NCBI RefSeq assembly: GCF_002113885.1
Contig: NW_018480057.1
Coordinates: 115,208-179,207, forward strand
DNA from: Mizuhopecten yessoensis
Lineage: Eukaryota
DNA length: 64,000 nt
Direction of reading: 5' to 3'
Each line of letters opens with the position of its first letter. Position 1 is the stretch's first letter. This document shows positions 61,401-64,000 of this stretch, piece after piece. The notes below the pieces were generated by a model that saw only the letters and a list, made by a program, of their open reading frames with translations, was not told the DNA's origin and did no database searches. The position numbers and the translations under genes were made by a program.

Positions 61401-64000
61401 GGTTTCAGACTATCTGAACATGCGTTTGACAATGGTTACATGGTTTCAGACCATCTGAACATGTGTTTGACAATGGTTACATGGTTCCAGACTATCTGAA
61501 CATGCGTTTGACAATGGTTACATGGTTTCAGACTATCTGAACATGCGTTTGACAATGGTTACATGGTTTCAGACCATCTGAGCATGGGTTTGACGATGGT
61601 AACATGGTTTCAGACCATCTGAGGATGGGTTTGACAATGGTAACATGGTTTCAGACCATCTGAGGATGGGTTTGACGATGGTAACATGGTTTCAGACCAT
61701 CTGAGCATGGATTTCACAATGGTTACATGGTTTTAGGCCTTATTTATGAAGATGCAATAGTTCATTGTAACATATTATCTGAGGTTAATTGTCTGTTTTT
61801 ACTTTGTGTACACAGATCATCACTTCCATGCGCACAGTTTTTCATACTGGCAAAACCAAGACGTATCAATGGAGGAAGCAGCAGTTAAACTCCCTAGTCC
61901 GGTTCCTGGATGAAAACAAAGACAAGCTTTCAGAAGCTCTCAACAAGGATTTGAAAAAGGTTTAAAACATGAGCATCATTATGTAATATTTCAAATCAAT
62001 CTTTAGGTTTAAAAACTTATCTTTATATATGCAGCTAACTTGGTGTCTGTTTTGTACTGTTTTTGGAAGTTTCATGCATTAAGAATGCAAAAGTATACTA
62101 CAATGTACAACAATTATTTGTTGTTGAGTGTATATATAGGTATAAGGGCTTCCTCGAAACGGGACTATTGTTATAAATAATGATTGCATTCATTCTTTTT
62201 GAAGAAACATGTAAATAATGTATAAACTAATAAAACATTTGATATCTTAATGATCTACCTATGAGAAAATATTACGAACTTGTCACAAATTTTCAATCGC
62301 CTCTCACTTCCTACGTGGAGTTGTTACAATCCTTGGTTGTGAACAGTAAAACGTATACTAAGAAACTATTGCCAAGTCGACTTTCGCTGTAACTGGTAGA
62401 GTCTGTTTTTGTGCAGTGTAAATTTCACCCTTCCCATGTCATGTCCTGTATTTTTGTCTGAAGGCTGCCATACAAGCTCCATACTTCATCTAATTTTATA
62501 TCATTTTCAGCCCAAAATGGAATCCATTGTTTTTGAGATAGACTACTGTAAAAACGATCTGGTTGAGACCTTGAACAACTTGGATGAATGGATGAAACCT
62601 GAAAAGGTTGGTAACTATCATCGGAAGATTACGTATCTTTACTTAACATTTATGTATCATCATTAAGGTGCATGTATCATCATACGTGCTTACACATTTG
62701 TCCATGCCTGCATCATCTCATGTATGTGTGTCCATACAATTTTGTGAGGACTATATCTTCCAATGGTGGAACTTTTCTTAATCTTCAAATTTTACAGCTT
62801 AAATTATTAATCGTTACTAGATGATTTGTACTTTCACACACGCAGCTCTGTAACCTGAAGGTCATGGTCAAGGCAAGGTGTCAAAGGTCAAATTATTGTA
62901 AAGCTTGGTCAGACAATATCTTCTAAATTGATGAACCCTTCTGTATATGTTAGACAGAGTGTTGCCTAGCACCTCGGGTCTGTATCCTTATGGCCAAAGT
63001 ATATGTAATGACAAGGGATCGTAGATAATATCATTGTAACATTTGCCCAGGGATCAAAGGTAAAAACAATTTTAAGCCATGAATTACAAAGGTCAAAGCT
63101 AATCTTGAGCATTTATTAGAGTGGGTCAAAGGTCAACATTGGCCATATTGTGTTAAAAGCTTGGCAATTGGGTACTTTGTATGGAGTGCTGTATCTTTTC
63201 TTCATATAAATGACATATTGCTTTACTTTCAAGGTCACAAGGTCAATAAGGTCAAACTTATTAAAAACAGATTCTTTAACAAAAAGTTGAACATCAAATC
63301 GGACTTATTGTTGCTGAGAATATTACAACTAACAAGCTTGACCAACATGCAGCTTACAGGTCACAAGAATTGTATAATAATTATAAGGTTATCCAGTCTG
63401 CTTAGCTTACACGATTTGGGTGCACAAAAGCTCTACAAACCCATTGGGCCTCTTGTTTTCTTTTCTTTTGAATACAAAAAAGTGTTATTCTGCTTGGTTT
63501 TAGGTGAAGAAAGGTCTAATGAACATGATGGACAAAGCTTATATCAAACGAGAGCCATTTGGTGTAGCCTTGATCATAGGAGCATGGAACTACCCCATAC
63601 AGATCACTCTGTTGCCCCTGGTGGGAGCACTAGCAGCAGGTAAACTCTGTTGTGTTTATGGCCATTGACACTAAAGGAAAAAGCAGGTCTCACATTTTAC
63701 CACTCTTTAGTTTATATAAACTGTTGTATAAAGTTTTGTAAAGTTTCTTAAATAACTTTTCTCTCGATTTTGTACTTTGTTTCAGGATGTATGTCAATGG
63801 CTGAGCAAGTTCGGTTTACTGGCTGAAATACCCAGAAAAAATGATCACCAATATGACCAGTAATTTAGATGCCATAGTCGATACATTGATATGTTAGTAT
63901 TATCAATAAATCTGTTATGAGCTTTCAAAAGATATACATATACAATTTCTTTATTGTAGCGCTTTTTTTCTGTTTTAGGAAATTGTGCAATTGTGAAACC
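58496..64000 (+). CDS. Aldehyde dehydrogenase family 3 (ALDH3A2/ALDH3B-like), 5' part; runs off the window
   Basis: Exons 58496-58513 (MASYSE), 61816-61959 ([21 protein letters not shown]), 62511-62606 ([10 protein letters not shown]), 63504-63639 ([26 protein letters not shown]), 63979-64000 (NCAIVKP). The [15 protein letters not shown] and AAGNxxxxKP motifs are typical of ALDH3. Confidence 0.93.
59430..60318 (-). mobile_element. HINE-like element of the same family as 27383-29404, in ALDH3 intron 1
   Basis: Same ~156-bp units (cagccatcttggattttgacagtgaag..gagactgatc) and the same terminal block. Confidence 0.7.
60470..61733 (+). repeat. 41-bp minisatellite (~31 copies) in ALDH3 intron 1
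   Basis: Unit ccatctgaggatgggtttgacaatggttacatggtttcaga. Confidence 0.95.

Noticed and set aside
60470-61733. CRISPR-like regular arrays (41-bp and 48-bp)
   Set aside because: Head-to-tail repeats without unique spacers, no cas genes, eukaryotic intronic context.

Overview
AT-rich, intron-rich animal genomic DNA. The repeat families (Helentron/HINE-like elements with internal satellites, tRNA-SINE, TRIM-like elements) point to a bivalve mollusc. Five spliced genes were assembled by hand with consistent intron phases: (1) the 5' part of POLD1 (minus strand, 9 coding exons, continuing past an N-gap or the window edge); (2) a 504-aa biotin-protein-ligase-like gene head-to-head with POLD1; (3) an ARL1-like GTPase (minus); (4) an RRM + CCHC + RS splicing factor; (5) the 5' part of an ALDH3-family gene. 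The standout is gene 2. Its domain order is reversed relative to holocarboxylase synthetase: a BirA-like catalytic domain and SH3-like domain come first and the BPL_N/GATase-like domain is last. Its biotin-binding loop is degenerate, intron 1 is GC-AG, and a ~53-copy 48-bp array duplicates the exon-6 splice donor in frame. Also notable: TRIM-like miniature LTR elements carrying tRNA-like or 5S-like Pol III promoters near the 5' ends of four of the five genes; a candidate poison exon, a 12-nt microexon and a GC-AG intron in the SR gene; and hAT-like MITEs with 5-, 6-, 7- and ~8-bp TSDs. Family assignments rest on remembered motifs; no database search was run.
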